Below are positions 51,355-64,000 of a stretch of DNA of 64,000 nt, in pieces. The stretch's first letter is position 1, and each line of letters opens with the position of its first letter. Source of the DNA: Malacoraja senta (lineage: Eukaryota). The position numbers and the translations under genes were made by a program. The stretch spans positions 7,442,001-7,506,000 of the forward strand of contig CM075989.1 in assembly GCA_038087875.1 (NCBI GenBank), given 5' to 3'. Below the pieces are notes generated by a model. That model saw only the letters and a program-made list of their open reading frames with translations. It did not search any database and was not told where the DNA came from.

Positions 51355-51755
51355 GTAAGGAAATGAATTGAGCATAAATTTTAAACATTTTTCCCACATC
51401 TATGTATGATTACATTTATACTTAAAGATGCTGCAAGTTACTCATTTTATCATGACTTTAGCATTCAAACACCTCCCACACCCATCCCTTTCGCACGACA
51501 CCTATGCCACACCACCACCCTGTCAATGATCATTGCATTAAGTTAGTTGTGTCAACTTTGACTCATACAGATTAACTCAAATTTGAACAATGTTGGGATC
51601 AGTTAGTTGGTAGTTCAGTCGAGTCATCCTAATTCTGAACTAAGTTTTAAATGTTCTGACTACAGTAGCTCCTTTGTACATTAAAAGTGAAGAATTGGGA
51701 GCATGACAGCAATTAAAGAATCATACTCAAGTGACACCAGCTCTTTCTGTTGTGC

Positions 51756-51760
<5 letters not shown>

Positions 51761-51792
<32 letters not shown>

Positions 51793-51833
51793 CTGACTGA
51801 CTGACAGAGAGAGAGAGACTGACAGAGACTGAC

Positions 51834-51876
<43 letters not shown>
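51761..51876. repeat. (GA)n/(GACT)n compound microsatellite
   Basis: Direct observation. Confidence 0.95.
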
Positions 51877-51879
<3 letters not shown>

Positions 51880-53059
51880 CATCTGGTAGCTTTCCAGCCA
51901 TTCAGTCTAACAACTGGAAATGATTTGAACAAGGCCTTGCTAGAAGTGAGATACTTATCACAGATTCACAAGTGAACTTAATCAGATAACTCAGTCATGA
52001 GTGAAATGTAGCCATATTCATGAATTGGATATTTATTCAGTACGACATCCAGGCTCCAATTTCCCTTGTAAAGCTCCATATTTTCTTTCCATTACCTATG
52101 TCTCACTGCTGTTTTGCAATGACAATAATTCATTTTTCATACAACACTGTCTGGGAGAGAGCGAAGGGTAAAGTTTAGATCCATGTACGTTCATGTTGCT
52201 AATTGATTTTTGTCATTTGTTGAAGCTGTACACATTTGTTGGTCCATCCCAGTTGTCCATGAGAAGATGGGGGTAAACCATTATGTGGAATCACTTCTGT
52301 CCCTGTGGTGAAAGTACGTTTACATGGCCATTAGGTAGATAATCCCCAGACTCTGACCCAGTGACACTGAAATTCCAAGTTGGGTTTCCGCTGAGGGTAA
52401 CTTGAAGATTGGTGATAGAATCAAAATGCTGGAGTAACTCAGCGGGTCAGACAGCATTTATCGAGAATAGGAATGGTGTTGTTGCTGGTAGAGACACTTC
52501 CTCAGACTTGTAGATTGGTGTTTGGTATTGCTTTATTATTGTCATGTGTACAAAGTCATGGTGAAGATTCGTTTCGTGTGCAGTCCAGGCAGATCAGACC
52601 ACAGATGAGTGCAGGCATACAATATATGGAGTACAAAGGTAGGGCAAAAGAGAACATAAACAGAGTGCAGAATATGATATTCCAGCTACAGAGAAAGTGC
52701 AGGTTATAAAAGCACAAGGGCCACAACGAGGGAGATTGGAAGATCTCACTTGAGTAACCTTGAGGAAGTCTTGAGCTGTGTTCCCGGTGTTGGTAGATCC
52801 TGGTCTCCTGATGCATTCCAGGTGGTTCATCCTGACCAGTAAAGTTCATCTTTTCAAAGCAGGAGCATCCTAGTCAGCCACCAACTTTTAGGATACGACT
52901 TGTACCCCTTGACCTTATTCCTACAAGGCAGGGGAAGGTCTTTCAAAGAATTCTATACACTTAACAAGATACGCTTAACAAGAGTAACTCAGTGGACCAG
53001 GCAGCATCTCGAGAACATGGTAAGTAATATTTTGGGTCGGAACCCTTCTTTAGACTTGT

Positions 53060-53450
53060 AGAAACATATAAAATTATAAAAGAACTGGACAAGCTAGATG
53101 CAGGAAAAATGTTCCCAATGTTGGTCGAGTCCAGAACCAGGGGCCACAGTCTTAGAATAAGGGGGAGGCTATTTAAGACTGAGGTGAGAAAAAAACGTTT
53201 TCACCCAGAGAGTTGTGAATTTGTGGAATTCCCTGCCACAGAGGGCAGTGGAGGCCAAATCATTGGATGGATTTAAGAGAGAGTTAGATAGAGCTCTAGG
53301 GGCTAGTGGAATCAAGGGATATGGGGAGAAGGCAGGCACGGGTTATTGATTGGGGACGATCAGCCATGATCACAATGAATGGCGGTGCTGACTCGAAGGG
53401 CCGAATGGCCTCCTCCTGCACCTACTTTCTGTGTTTCAGTGTTTCTATGT
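53060..53450 (+). mobile_element. CR1 3' end
   Basis: CAGAGAGTTGTGAATTTGTGGAATTCCCTGCC...GGGCCGAATGGCCTCCTCCTGCACC tail. Confidence 0.85.
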
Positions 53451-54094
53451 CTACACTCAACAACGTCTACTAATGGGTCCAGGTTTGAAGGATTCAATAG
53501 GTCAGTCCAGACTTGTGACCTGTGTGGTTGGATATCAGCTAATCCCAACACTCCCGTCTAACCCAGCTGAATTACAAACTAATTTTTTTCAAAGGATCTA
53601 TACATCACACTTCTGCTAAAACGGAATCATTTTATCAGATGAATATACTAAGGCAACAAGCATCAGATGTAGAAAGATATCTCCACAGTTCCCAGACAAC
53701 AAATATTTTATAAATAAATAGTCTCTTTTTATCCATGTAAAATCACACAGACTGTTACAGATTTATTCCCCCGAGGTTATTTTAAGGTTTGTGTGGTCCA
53801 AGTTTGGGAAAAAAATTCCATTCTCAAAGGATTAGAACTTTTCTGCTTTGATTGGATTGGTGCCAATATTTACAGATCATTTAAAGAGAAAACACGAGGA
53901 AAGCCAGATTTATTTTCAGGACAGAGGTGTTATTCAATTATCTTAATTAGGACCACAGTTTATAACGCCTGGAGCTACAGGTGACATCAGGAGGAGAAGC
54001 ACAAGTGTTCCATTTTGTGCGTTTTTCTTTGTTCATCTTTGAGCACCTAATTTCACCTGGGCGTGATAATCTGGGCTACATTGGTTGGCCATCT

Positions 54095-54350
54095 CGCCGA
54101 CCAGCGATCCCCGCACATTAACACTATCCTACACCCACTAGGGAAATTTTTTACATTTACCAAGCCAATTAAACCTACAAACCTGTACGTCTTTGGAGTG
54201 TGGGAGGAAACCGAAGATTTTGGAGAAAACCCACGCGGGTCACGGGAGAACGTACAAACTCAGTACAGACAACACCTGTAGTCTGGATCGAACCCGGGTC
54301 TCCGGCGCTGCATTCGCTGTAAGGCAGCAACTCTACCGCTGTGCCACTAT
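54095..54350 (-). mobile_element. HE1-like SINE
   Basis: Reverse copy. Confidence 0.85.
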
Positions 54351-55679
54351 GACCTACTCTTTTTCAGAAAACTGGGCTTTGCTGGCAAGGTCAACATTTA
54401 CTGCCCATCCCCACTTGCCCATGGCACGATGGTGATGACCTACCTACTTGACCTTCTGCAACCTTCTAATGATGTTGCTTTCAACAGTGCTGTTGGGAGA
54501 TAAAGATTTTAGGATCAGGAATGATAAAGGAGCAACAATGTACTCCCAAGACAAGATAGCGTGTGATTTGGAGGAGAACGTCCAGTTGTATGTGCTTCCA
54601 TGGATCTGTCATTTTTCTACATGGAGCAATTAGGTGCTGAGGTGGGGTTGTGGTTGGTGTTGTTTAGGGTGATTCAAGAGCCTGATGGTGGATGGGAAGA
54701 AGCTATTCTTCCAGCTGGAGGAAGCAGTTCTTGGGCTCCTGTACCTCCTTCCCAGTGGTAGTAGTGGGAAGAGTGTGTGGCCAGGGTGGTGTGGATCTTT
54801 GACACTTTTAGCTGGACCCAGCAACACTCTGATTTTACTTTTAAAACTGCAGAAGAGTTTTAAAAATATAGTAGAGCCCGACGACCTTACTTGACGCTGA
54901 AGGGACCCAAGTTGTGTTGGATTCAAGCAGGGTTAGGTTTGAGATATACTTTGCTGACCTGGCTCGCTACTGTATCCAGCTTCGTTTGACCTGATGGTGG
55001 CTGCGTTGGAAAGGCAATAGCCAAGTGTTTAATTGACATGTACTGAAATGGAACAATGCAATTCTTACTTGTAACAGTAAACAGGTCTGTAAACATAGTG
55101 CTCAATTGATAACATTATAAAACAAACAATGAAACGAAGTTCAGTAATTAATTTTAAAAATTAGTTCAAAACAAAGGGCCAAGTCGCTAATGCAACCAGG
55201 ATAGTTTGTAGTTTGAAGTTTAGTTGGTGTTTAATAGCTTGATGGATGGATGTTGGGAAGAAGCTGTTCCTGAACCAGCAACCAGAGAATGAAAGTAATG
55301 ACACACGTAGACAGGGTGATGAAGAAGGCATTTTGTATGAATTAGTGTCGGCATGCTGGGACTCGCTCAGTTGGGTGACTTGATCAGCATGGACAAATTG
55401 GGCTGAGGAGCCCGTTTCGGTACTGCATAGCTTTATGACTATGAAATTTTGTCCTTGTCTTGTTAAAGAAGGAATTGCTCTATTAGGCACACACGGAGCA
55501 AATTTTCAATATTAAGTGTACATTCTGAAGCATTTCTTGGGGTTTTCTGGGAAATTTTGCTCCTTGATTCGCATGCAGGAATAAATGGATTTCCAGTATT
55601 TTTTGTGAAATCATTTGTAGTCTTGCAGCCACAGTTCTTGCCTTCACCTTGCCTCCTGCACCCGTGCAGAACACATGGG

Positions 55680-56070
55680 CTTATTTACTTCACCACTAAC
55701 CTTCTGTCCACCCTACCCTCATTCACCTGGATTGTCTCTGACAACTCACTCCCTTTTCTTGATTGCTCTATCTCCATCAAAGGAGACAGGCTATTGACTG
55801 ACATTTACTACGCCGTGCAAAAGGAACTGCAGATGCTGGTTTAAACTGAAGATAGACACAAAAAGCTGGAGTAACTCAGCGGGACAGGCAGCATCTCTGG
55901 AGAGAAGGAATAGGTGATGTTTTGTGTCAAGGCATTTCTTCAGACTACTACAAACCTACTGACTCCCACTGCTTTCTGGATTACACTTCTTCCCAACCTG
56001 CCTCTTGCAAAAATGCTATCCCCTACTTTCAAATCCTGCATATCCACTGCATCTGCTCCCATGATGTTGT
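55680..56070 (+). mobile_element. Penelope-like RT fragment interrupted by a hammerhead-tail element (about 55810-55945)
   Basis: SLPFLD...DRLLTDIYY | KPTDSHCFLDYTSSQPASCKNAIPY is typical of the PLE RT thumb region. Confidence 0.8.
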
Positions 56071-56965
56071 TTTATATACAAAATGATCTGTATCTAAAAT
56101 TCTCTAGCAGAGTGAATTGAAAAGATTTATAACCTCCTGAAAGAAGATGTTCTTCATGATCCAGAGAAACCAATCCCTTATTTAGATACTGTACATTTCT
56201 AGACCTTTATCCCAGAGGAATCATCATGAATTCATCTATACTGTAAAGCCATGTTTGAATGTTAAGTTTCTCATTATTCTTAATTCATGAATTGGACATT
56301 TATTCAGTACGACATTCAGGCTCCAGTTTCCCTTGTAAAGCTCCATATTTTCTTTCCATGACCCATGCCTCACTGCTGTTTTGCAGTACCAATAATTCAT
56401 TTTTCATACAACAATTATCATTTCATGATAAAATCTAAATATTTCTGACGAGATTTATTTGGGTGAAAATACTGTCTGGGAGAGAGCGAAGGGTAAAGCG
56501 TAGATCAATGTACGTTCATGTTGCTAATTGATTTTTGTTATTTGTTGAAGCTGTACACATTTGTTGGTCCATCCCAGTTGTCCATGAGAGGATGGGGTGT
56601 AAACCATTATGTGGAATCACTTCAGTCCCTGTGGTGAAAGTACGTTTACATGGCCATTAGGTCGATAATTCCCAGACTTTGACCCAATGACACTGTAATT
56701 CCAAGTTGGGCTTCCGCAGAGGGTAACTTGAAGATCTGCTCTCAAGATGATGTTTTATATACAAAATGATCTGTATCTAAAATTCTCTAGCAGAGTGAAT
56801 TGAAAAGATTTATAACCTCCTGAAGGAAGATGTTTTTCATGGTCCAGAGTAACCAATCCCTTATTTAGAGATTATATATTTCTAGACCTTTATCCCAGAG
56901 GAATCATCATGAATAATCTATGCTGTAAAGCCATGTTTGAATGTTAAGTTTCTCATTATTCTTAA
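56051..56965 (+). repeat. A-B-A' duplication: A 56051-56283, A' 56734-56965, B matches 52016-52409
   Basis: Direct sequence matches visible by eye. Confidence 0.9.
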
Positions 56966-59214
56966 CTCCAGAGTATAACGGCTCCTTGTTGCTGGACCTG
57001 GAGAGGGTCTTGAACCGGGAAAACCCCCATTGAAAATGTAGACTGTATGCCCAGATTCAAAGCATCCTGAACTAATTCCCCAACATATTGTGTATGGATT
57101 GTTTCACATTGTAATGTTTATGCCCTTCGTTATTTGTTCCCAGAGCATGAATTACTCCCCCGGGTCTTTCTCCCAGGCCCTGCCCTATCTCCCGGGCCCT
57201 TTCCCCTCCTATTCTTCTCAAGAGAACCCCCTCTTCAACCTTCCACAGTTTGACCCTTGACTTTCCAGGTTAGTTCATTTACCAACAAAATGGTTACAAA
57301 ACATTAGAGATTAGAGACGGCCTGTTGGGAAAACCCTGTATTTTTCCAGCGTTGTCCCTGTTGGCAACAAGCCCTGGCACCAGTCCTGGGCCTCCAGTTG
57401 TTGCCTGGCCCTCTCCAACCCCGCCCTGTCCTGCTGTGAAGCCAGGTTATCCACATCTCAGGCAGAGGGCCAGGCACACACCCACGCTGTTCAGCCCACG
57501 AGCTACAGACTCGCACATTCAACTCGTGATTCCTGCAATGTCAAAATTGGACCAAGCTGCTTCATCAAAATATTTCTGCTCCCAGCAGCTGGAGACATTA
57601 TAGATGTGAATATTTAATAGCACAAAAGTAGCAACTACTCAAGTTGTCTGTTTGCTGCCCAGTCCATCGCGAGAACCGGCTTCCACACTCCCCCCTCCAT
57701 TTACACTTCACGCTGCCTTGAAAGCAGTCAATATAATCAAGGACCACTCACCCCAGTCATTCCCACTTCTCTCCTGTACCTTGGGGCAGAAGATACAGGA
57801 GCTTGAAACCACAACCCTCCAGATTCAGGAACAGCTTCTTCCTTGCAGTCATCCGACTACAGAATGGCCTCGTAAGCTAAAGGGATAGTCCTGATCTACC
57901 AACCTTCCTCTTTGCAGTCCTTGCACTTATATTTAACCTGCACTTTCTCTGTAGTTGTAATATTATATCCTGCTAATTTTCTCTTTGCACCAGCTGTTGT
58001 ACTTCTGTACGGCTTGATTCTACTCGTGTATGGTATAATGTGACGATACATGACGATAATGCCAAGACATAAATCCGAAAATACCGATACACCAACAATG
58101 GTTTGAAAGTTAATAATATGTTGTATACTTTCTCCTCCTGCAACATAGAACATAGAAGAGTACAGCAAAGGAATGGGCCCTTCAGCTCACATTGTTTGTG
58201 CCAAACATGATGCCAAGTTAGCCTGATCTCATCTGCCTGTACATGATCCATATCCCTATATTCCTTGCACTTCCATGTGCCTATCTAAAAGCCTCTTAAA
58301 CACCTCTATCGCATCTGCCTCCACCAGCACCTGTGGCAATCCATTCCAGGCATCCACCACTCTCTATGTTAAAAAAAGCATGCCCTGCACATCTCAATTA
58401 AAATGTTCCCCTCTCAGTATGTCCTCCAGTATTGGACATTTCCATCCTGGGAAAAGATTCTGATTCTCTAACCTGCGTATGCCTGTCATCATTTTATATA
58501 CTTCTATATAGTCTCCCCTCAACCTCTGACGTTCCAATGGAACTTCTGATTGTTCCTGGTGTTTACGAACAAATGTGTACTTTGGAGCTTTATTTGTCAC
58601 ATATGCAACTGCATAGTGAAATTATTTTTGCATATGGCAGTGAATTTGAGGAATTCATTGCCACAGAAGGCTGTGGAGGCCAATGGATATTTTTATGGCT
58701 GGCAGAGATAGATAGATTCTTGATTAGTACGGGTGTCAGGGGTTATGGGGAGAAGGCAGGAGAATGGGGTTGAGAGGGAAGGATGGATTTGCCACGACTG
58801 AATGGCGGAGTTAACTTGATGGGCCGAATGGCCTAATTCTGCTCCTATCACTTATGAACGTGAACTTACACATGCAGACACCTCCATTTTGGGCGCCATT
58901 ATTCAAAGTCCAAAAGTCAAAGTTTGTGCGGACAATCGAATTACAGCACCGTTGTGGAGTGATGACTTTCAGAAGTGCAATTTGAGAGGCCTTTGAGAAG
59001 CATTTGAGAATTTTAAAGAGGGGGTCATTGCTTTACCTGGGCCTGTGTCGATCTGTGCCATTCCAGTGTGGATAGTTGGCTTTGCAACGTCCATCTGGCT
59101 CACTCATGTGCTGGCAAAGAACACTAATAGCAGGTGCCAGGGAGTGACTGACCTTTGGAAGCTTAAAAAGTCTTTCTCATTGTTTAACTAATTAAAAATG
59201 AGGTGTGCCAGTGA

Positions 59215-60090
59215 GTAATCAGAGCATCTGGCTGAAGTATTCAAAGATATCTTCAACCTCTCGCTTCTGCGGTCTGTGGTTCCCACCTGCTTCAAAAGGG
59301 CATCTATTTTACCAGTAGCCAAGAAGAGCACGGTGACCTGCCTCGATGATTACCGTCTGGTAGCAGTTATATTCATCGTAATGAAGTACTTGGAGGTTGG
59401 CTATGGTACACCCATGACCACGTAGCCAAACAGCTCCAATGCCATCTATAAATTCGCCAATGACACCACAGTGGGCGGCCCAATCACTGGTGGTGATGAG
59501 TCAGCATCGAGGAGAGTGAAAGAACACCTGATTAAGTGGTGCTGGTACGACAACTGTTCACTGAAGGTCAACAAGGCCAAGCAACTATTCGTTGACTTCA
59601 GAAGTGAAAAATAGTGCGACTGCACACTAGTTTCTTTGGTGGGTTGGTGGTGGAAAGAGTGAGCGGCTTCAAATTCCTGGCTGGTATCATTTCAGATGTC
59701 CTGTCCTGAGCCCAGCACTTAGATGAAGAAGATGCATCAGCACCTCTACTTTCTTAGACGTTTACCGAGATTCAGCATTTCTCCGAACACTAACAAACGT
59801 TTGCAGATATACTGTAGAAAGTATTCTGACTCATGGCATCATGTCTTAACATGACACTGGAAGGAACGAGGCTGCAAAGAGTGGTGGACAGTCGGGACCA
59901 TCATGGATACTGCCCTCCCCAACATTGAAAGTTGTTTGAACATTGAGGAAGGCAGCATCTATCATTAAGGATTTTCACCATCCAGGCCATGCCCACTTCT
60001 CAGTGCTACTGTCAGGCAGGAAGTTCCACACCACCAGATTCAGGAGTAGCTATTTTCCTGCCAACGATCAGGTTCCTGAACCAACCGTAC
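59215..60090 (+). mobile_element. Rex1/Babar-like LINE RT fragment, decayed
   Basis: Translates to [13 protein letters not shown]...VVPTCFK..., DYR, IYKFANDTTV and KVNKAKQLFVDFR; ends in an HPGH...TTRFRSSYFP-type C-terminus. Confidence 0.8.
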
Positions 60091-60227
60091 TCTTACCTCT
60101 GAACACTCAGTCCATCTCTTGCCATCGCCATGGACTTGTTTTTTTTCCAATTGGTTTTATACTAATGTCGTTCTTGCTTACTCTTATTTCCTCGAGTACT
60201 GGATGGATGTGAACTTCATTAAATTTA

Positions 60228-60535
60228 GGGGTGGCACGGTGGCACAGCGGTAGAGTTGCTGCCTTACAGCGTCAGGAACCCGGGTTTGATCCTGACTACG
60301 GGCACCGTCTGTACGGAGTTTGTACGTTCTCCCCGTGAACGTGTGCGTTTTCTCTGGGAGCTCCAGTTTCCTCCCACATTCCAAAGACGTACAGGTTTGT
60401 ACGTTAATTGGTTTTGGTAAAAATTGTCAATTCTCCCTCCTGTGTAGGACAGTGCTTGTGTACGGGGATCGCTGATCCGCGCACACTCGGTGGGCCAAAG
60501 GGCCTGTTTTCCTGCTGTATCACTAAACTAAAATG
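60228..60535 (+). mobile_element. HE1-like SINE
   Basis: Head, V-domain and tail present. Confidence 0.87.
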
Positions 60536-61282
60536 AAGTGTTTGAAGAATGGTCTCAACTCGAACTGTTGCCCTTCCTTCCCTCCGGAGATGCTGCCTGT
60601 CCCGCTGAATTACTCCAGCTTTTTGTGTCTATCTAAAGCGAAATGTTAATTATCACAAGTAAATCCAAACCATAATGTCACTCGCACTGCAAACCTTGCA
60701 CTGCGGACACTGTCTCTTTAAATTTAATAAGACCAACAGCTTTACGGAGCCCTAAATATGCTCTATTCATGGAAGCGAATCTCAGTGGAATTCAGTGTTT
60801 GGGTCTTGTTATGACAACTGCAGTTATAGTTTTTAGCTGGGCTGCACCTGGCAAAAATAATTTCTGTTTAGTGCAAACTAATGCACACTTTTGTGGTGTA
60901 CACAACAGCATTGAATGCTAAAACCTGCAATTTGAACCTGACTGAACATTTTCTGGCTGGCAAGTTCTTTAATTGGAGCTTCCTGATTCATAATTATTAC
61001 ACTGCAGAGAACACAACATCAGGCAAGCAGTTACACATGTTGCGGCATTGAGCAGCCTAAGTTGGATAGAGTACGATATTCCAACATCGATGTGGAGGCC
61101 GGTCAATCATTCACCAAAAAACCTCCATGTATCCTTTCAAAAGTTGTTTCCTTCTTTCAGAAGACAATGCCTTCTCTGTGTTCATTGATCTTCATTCCAT
61201 ACGTTGAACACTGAAGGAAGAGCGTCCTTGCATTCATTCTATAATTGATTTGCAAACCCTACCCCACTCTCCCAACCTATAG

Positions 61283-61600
61283 GGGGCAGCACAGTCACGC
61301 AGCTGCAGAGTTGCTGCCTCACAGCACCAGAGACCTAGGTTTGATCCTGACTGTGGGTGCTGTCTGTACGGAGTTTGTACATTCTCCCTGTGACCGCGTG
61401 GGTTTACTCCGGGTGCTCCTGTTTCCTCCCACACTCCAAAGACGTATAGGCTTGTAGGTTAAATGGCTTCGGTAAAATTATAAATTGTCCCTAGTGTGTA
61501 GGATAGTGTTAGTGTACAGGGTGATCACTGGTCGAAGTGGACTCGGTGGGCTGAAGGGCCTCTTTCCATGCTGTATCTCTAAATTAAATTAAACTAAACT
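61283..61600 (+). mobile_element. HE1-like SINE
   Basis: Head, V-domain and tail present. Confidence 0.87.
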
Positions 61601-62975
61601 ACTGAGAGAATTTGAACCCCATCCTCTTCGCCCTCCAGCTTCCTTTTTAATTTGAAAGTTGCGTCTCAGATTAACTTTATTCTTTACTGTACAGAAATAT
61701 CTGTACAGGGTGATCACTGGTCGACAAGGACTCGGTGGGGTGAAGGGCCTGTTTCCACACTGCATCTCCAAAGTGAAGTAATGTTTTGCAACTTAATTTG
61801 AACATTGCTTCTCAGATTTTCCGTTTTCATCACCGTATTTATTTTGTGTCAATGCTCAGCGAGTGGTTGGAAATGCTCAACGTGTCAAGTGCACAAAGAG
61901 TGAGTTCAGTGAGCTTGAAGAAGGAAGTCGTGCATTCCTCTCGTATGTTCCACAACTTCAGCACATCTCGGGACAGCTGGCTGGGACATTGTATAAATTC
62001 GCCAATGACACCACAGTGCTGGTTTAATGATGGAGAAACACGGCAGCTGATTCACACAAACAGCAATGTGAGAGTCAAGCAGGTGATCAGTAATAGTCTG
62101 TGCAGTCAGTCAATGCAGGAAGTCCCTTCTCTGCTAGTTATGCCCTCGATCTTTGCACCCATTCAAGTCGCCAGACGAACCCTTGCATGGTTGGGCTGAG
62201 CTGACAGCCAGCCAAGGATCTGTAGAGTTGGCAGGTGTAATCCATTTTAACAGGGGACCGGAGAGGCAACTTCTTCACACAGAGGGTGGCGGACTTGTGC
62301 CAGATGTGGGTACAATTACGATGTTTAAAAAGCGCGGAAAGAAAAGGTTTGGAGGGATATGGACGAAGCACAGGCAGATGGTAGAAGCAAGGAGGTGCAG
62401 ATGCTGGTTTACAAAAATGGACACAAAGTGTTGGAGTAACTCAGCGGGTCAGGCAGCATCTCTGGAGAATATGGATAGGTGAAGTTTTTGGAAGGGTCCT
62501 GACCCAAAACATCACCTGTCGTTGCTCTCCAGAGATGCTGCCTGACCCACTGGGATACTCCAACACTTTGTGTCTTTTTTTACAGACAAACGGGATTACT
62601 CAGGCAGGCGATTTGGTCAGCATAGAGTGGGGGGGGGGGGGGGGGGTGGGGGCGATAGACAAATTGGGCCAAAGCGTGTTTCAATACTGTAGTTATCTTG
62701 TACACAAAATGGTGGAGTAACTCAGCAGATCAGGCAACATCTCTGGAGAAAACGGAATAGATGATATCTTGGGTCAGAACCTTCTTCAGACCTGCACTGG
62801 AAAAAAAAATTACCTTCCACAGTCTCCAAACTTATCGTTCCCCAGCCCCGTACAGCCCATTTTTACCCTCTCCCCAGAATTCATAAGCAGAACTACTACC
62901 CTGGTTAAAAAAAGTTACTTCCTACTCAATGCTGTAGAATTCTGACTCTTCAGCAAGTATCTACCGTGCAAGATA

Positions 62976-64000
62976 CAGTGCCCTACATATTGTTTTGGAC
63001 AATGACCCATCATTTATTTATTTGCCTCTGTACTCCACAATTTAAGATTTGTAATAGAAAAAATCACATGTGGTTAAAGTGCACATTGTCAGATTTTAAT
63101 AAAGGCCATTTTTATACATTTTGGTTTCACCATGTAGAAATTACAGCAGTGTTTATACATAGTCCCCCCATTTCAGGACACCATAATGTTTGGGACACAT
63201 CAATGTCATGTAAATGAAAGTAGTCATGTTTAGTATTTTGTTGCATATCCTTTGCATGCAATGACTGCTTGAAGTCTGCGATACATGGACATCGCCAGTT
63301 GCTGGGTGTCTTCTCTGGTGATGCTCTGCCAGGCCTGTATTGCAGCCATCTCTAGCTGATGCTTGTTTTGGGGGCTAGTCCCCCAGTTTTCTCTTCAGCA
63401 TATAAAAGGCATACTCAATTGGGTTCAGATCGGGTGATTGACTTGGCCACTCAAGAATTTACCATTTTTTAGCTTTGAAAAACTCCTTTATTGCTTTAGT
63501 GGTATGTTTGGGATCATTGTCTTGCTGTACAATGAACTGCCGGCCAATAAGTTTTGAGGCATTTGTTTGAACTTGAGCAGATAGGATGCGTCTATACACT
63601 TCAGAATTCATTATGCTACTACCATCAGCAGTTGTATCATCAATGAAGATAAGTGGGCCAGTACCTTCAGCAGCCATACACGCCCAGGCCATAACACCCC
63701 CATCACCGTGTTTCACAGATGAGGTGTTATGCTTTGGATCTTGGGCAGTTCCATGTCTCCTCCATACTTTGCTCTTGCCATCACTCATATATTCGTTAAT
63801 CTTCGTCTCATCTGTCCACAAGACCTTTTTTCCAGAACTGTGGTTGCTCTATTAAGTACTTCTTGGCAAACTGTAACCTGGCCATCCTATTTTTGCGTCT
63901 GACCAGTGGTTTGCATCTTACAGTATAGCCTCTGTATTTCTGTTCATGAAGTCTTCTGCGGACAGTGGTCATTGACAAATCCACACCTGACTCCTGAAGA
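62976..64000 (-). mobile_element. Tc1 (DD34E) DNA transposon, inactive, truncated by the window end
   Basis: TA then CAGTG TIR start, with an inner repeat near 63174 (IR/DR-like). Minus-strand transposase WTDETK...QQDNDPKH...W*ILEWPSQSPDLNPIE has 34 residues between D and E and a premature stop. Confidence 0.93.

Noticed and set aside
1..64000. CRISPR arrays, rRNA or prokaryotic operons
   Set aside because: None seen; the sequence is eukaryotic intronic DNA.

Overview
Vertebrate genomic DNA that is mostly intronic and rich in repeats. The repeat set (tRNA-derived V-domain SINEs with CR1 tails, CR1, Rex1-like, Penelope-like, Tc1) suggests a cartilaginous fish such as a skate or ray; this is inference. 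The host gene appears to be AKAP13 on the + strand: an alternative first coding exon (MYERHKRRYSL...VVLLK, 30142-30222) joins in phase to an ISQENWC...KQSP exon (47712-47778). That assignment is from memory of the human protein, not a search. The most interesting non-genic signal is an abundant short element carrying a minimal hammerhead-ribozyme motif (CUGANGA, stem II, GAAAC-GUC). It follows Penelope GIY-YIG ORF ends, inserts with about 10-15 bp target-site duplications, and often occurs as fold-back palindromes that turn at the ribozyme's stem II. Also present: a Gypsy 3' LTR/PPT/integrase tail fused to a Harbinger-type MITE, a tRNA-Arg(ACG) pseudogene, hAT and Tigger-like MITEs, a truncated DD34E Tc1, and three local duplications that look like templated insertions. 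Boundaries of old repeats are approximate.
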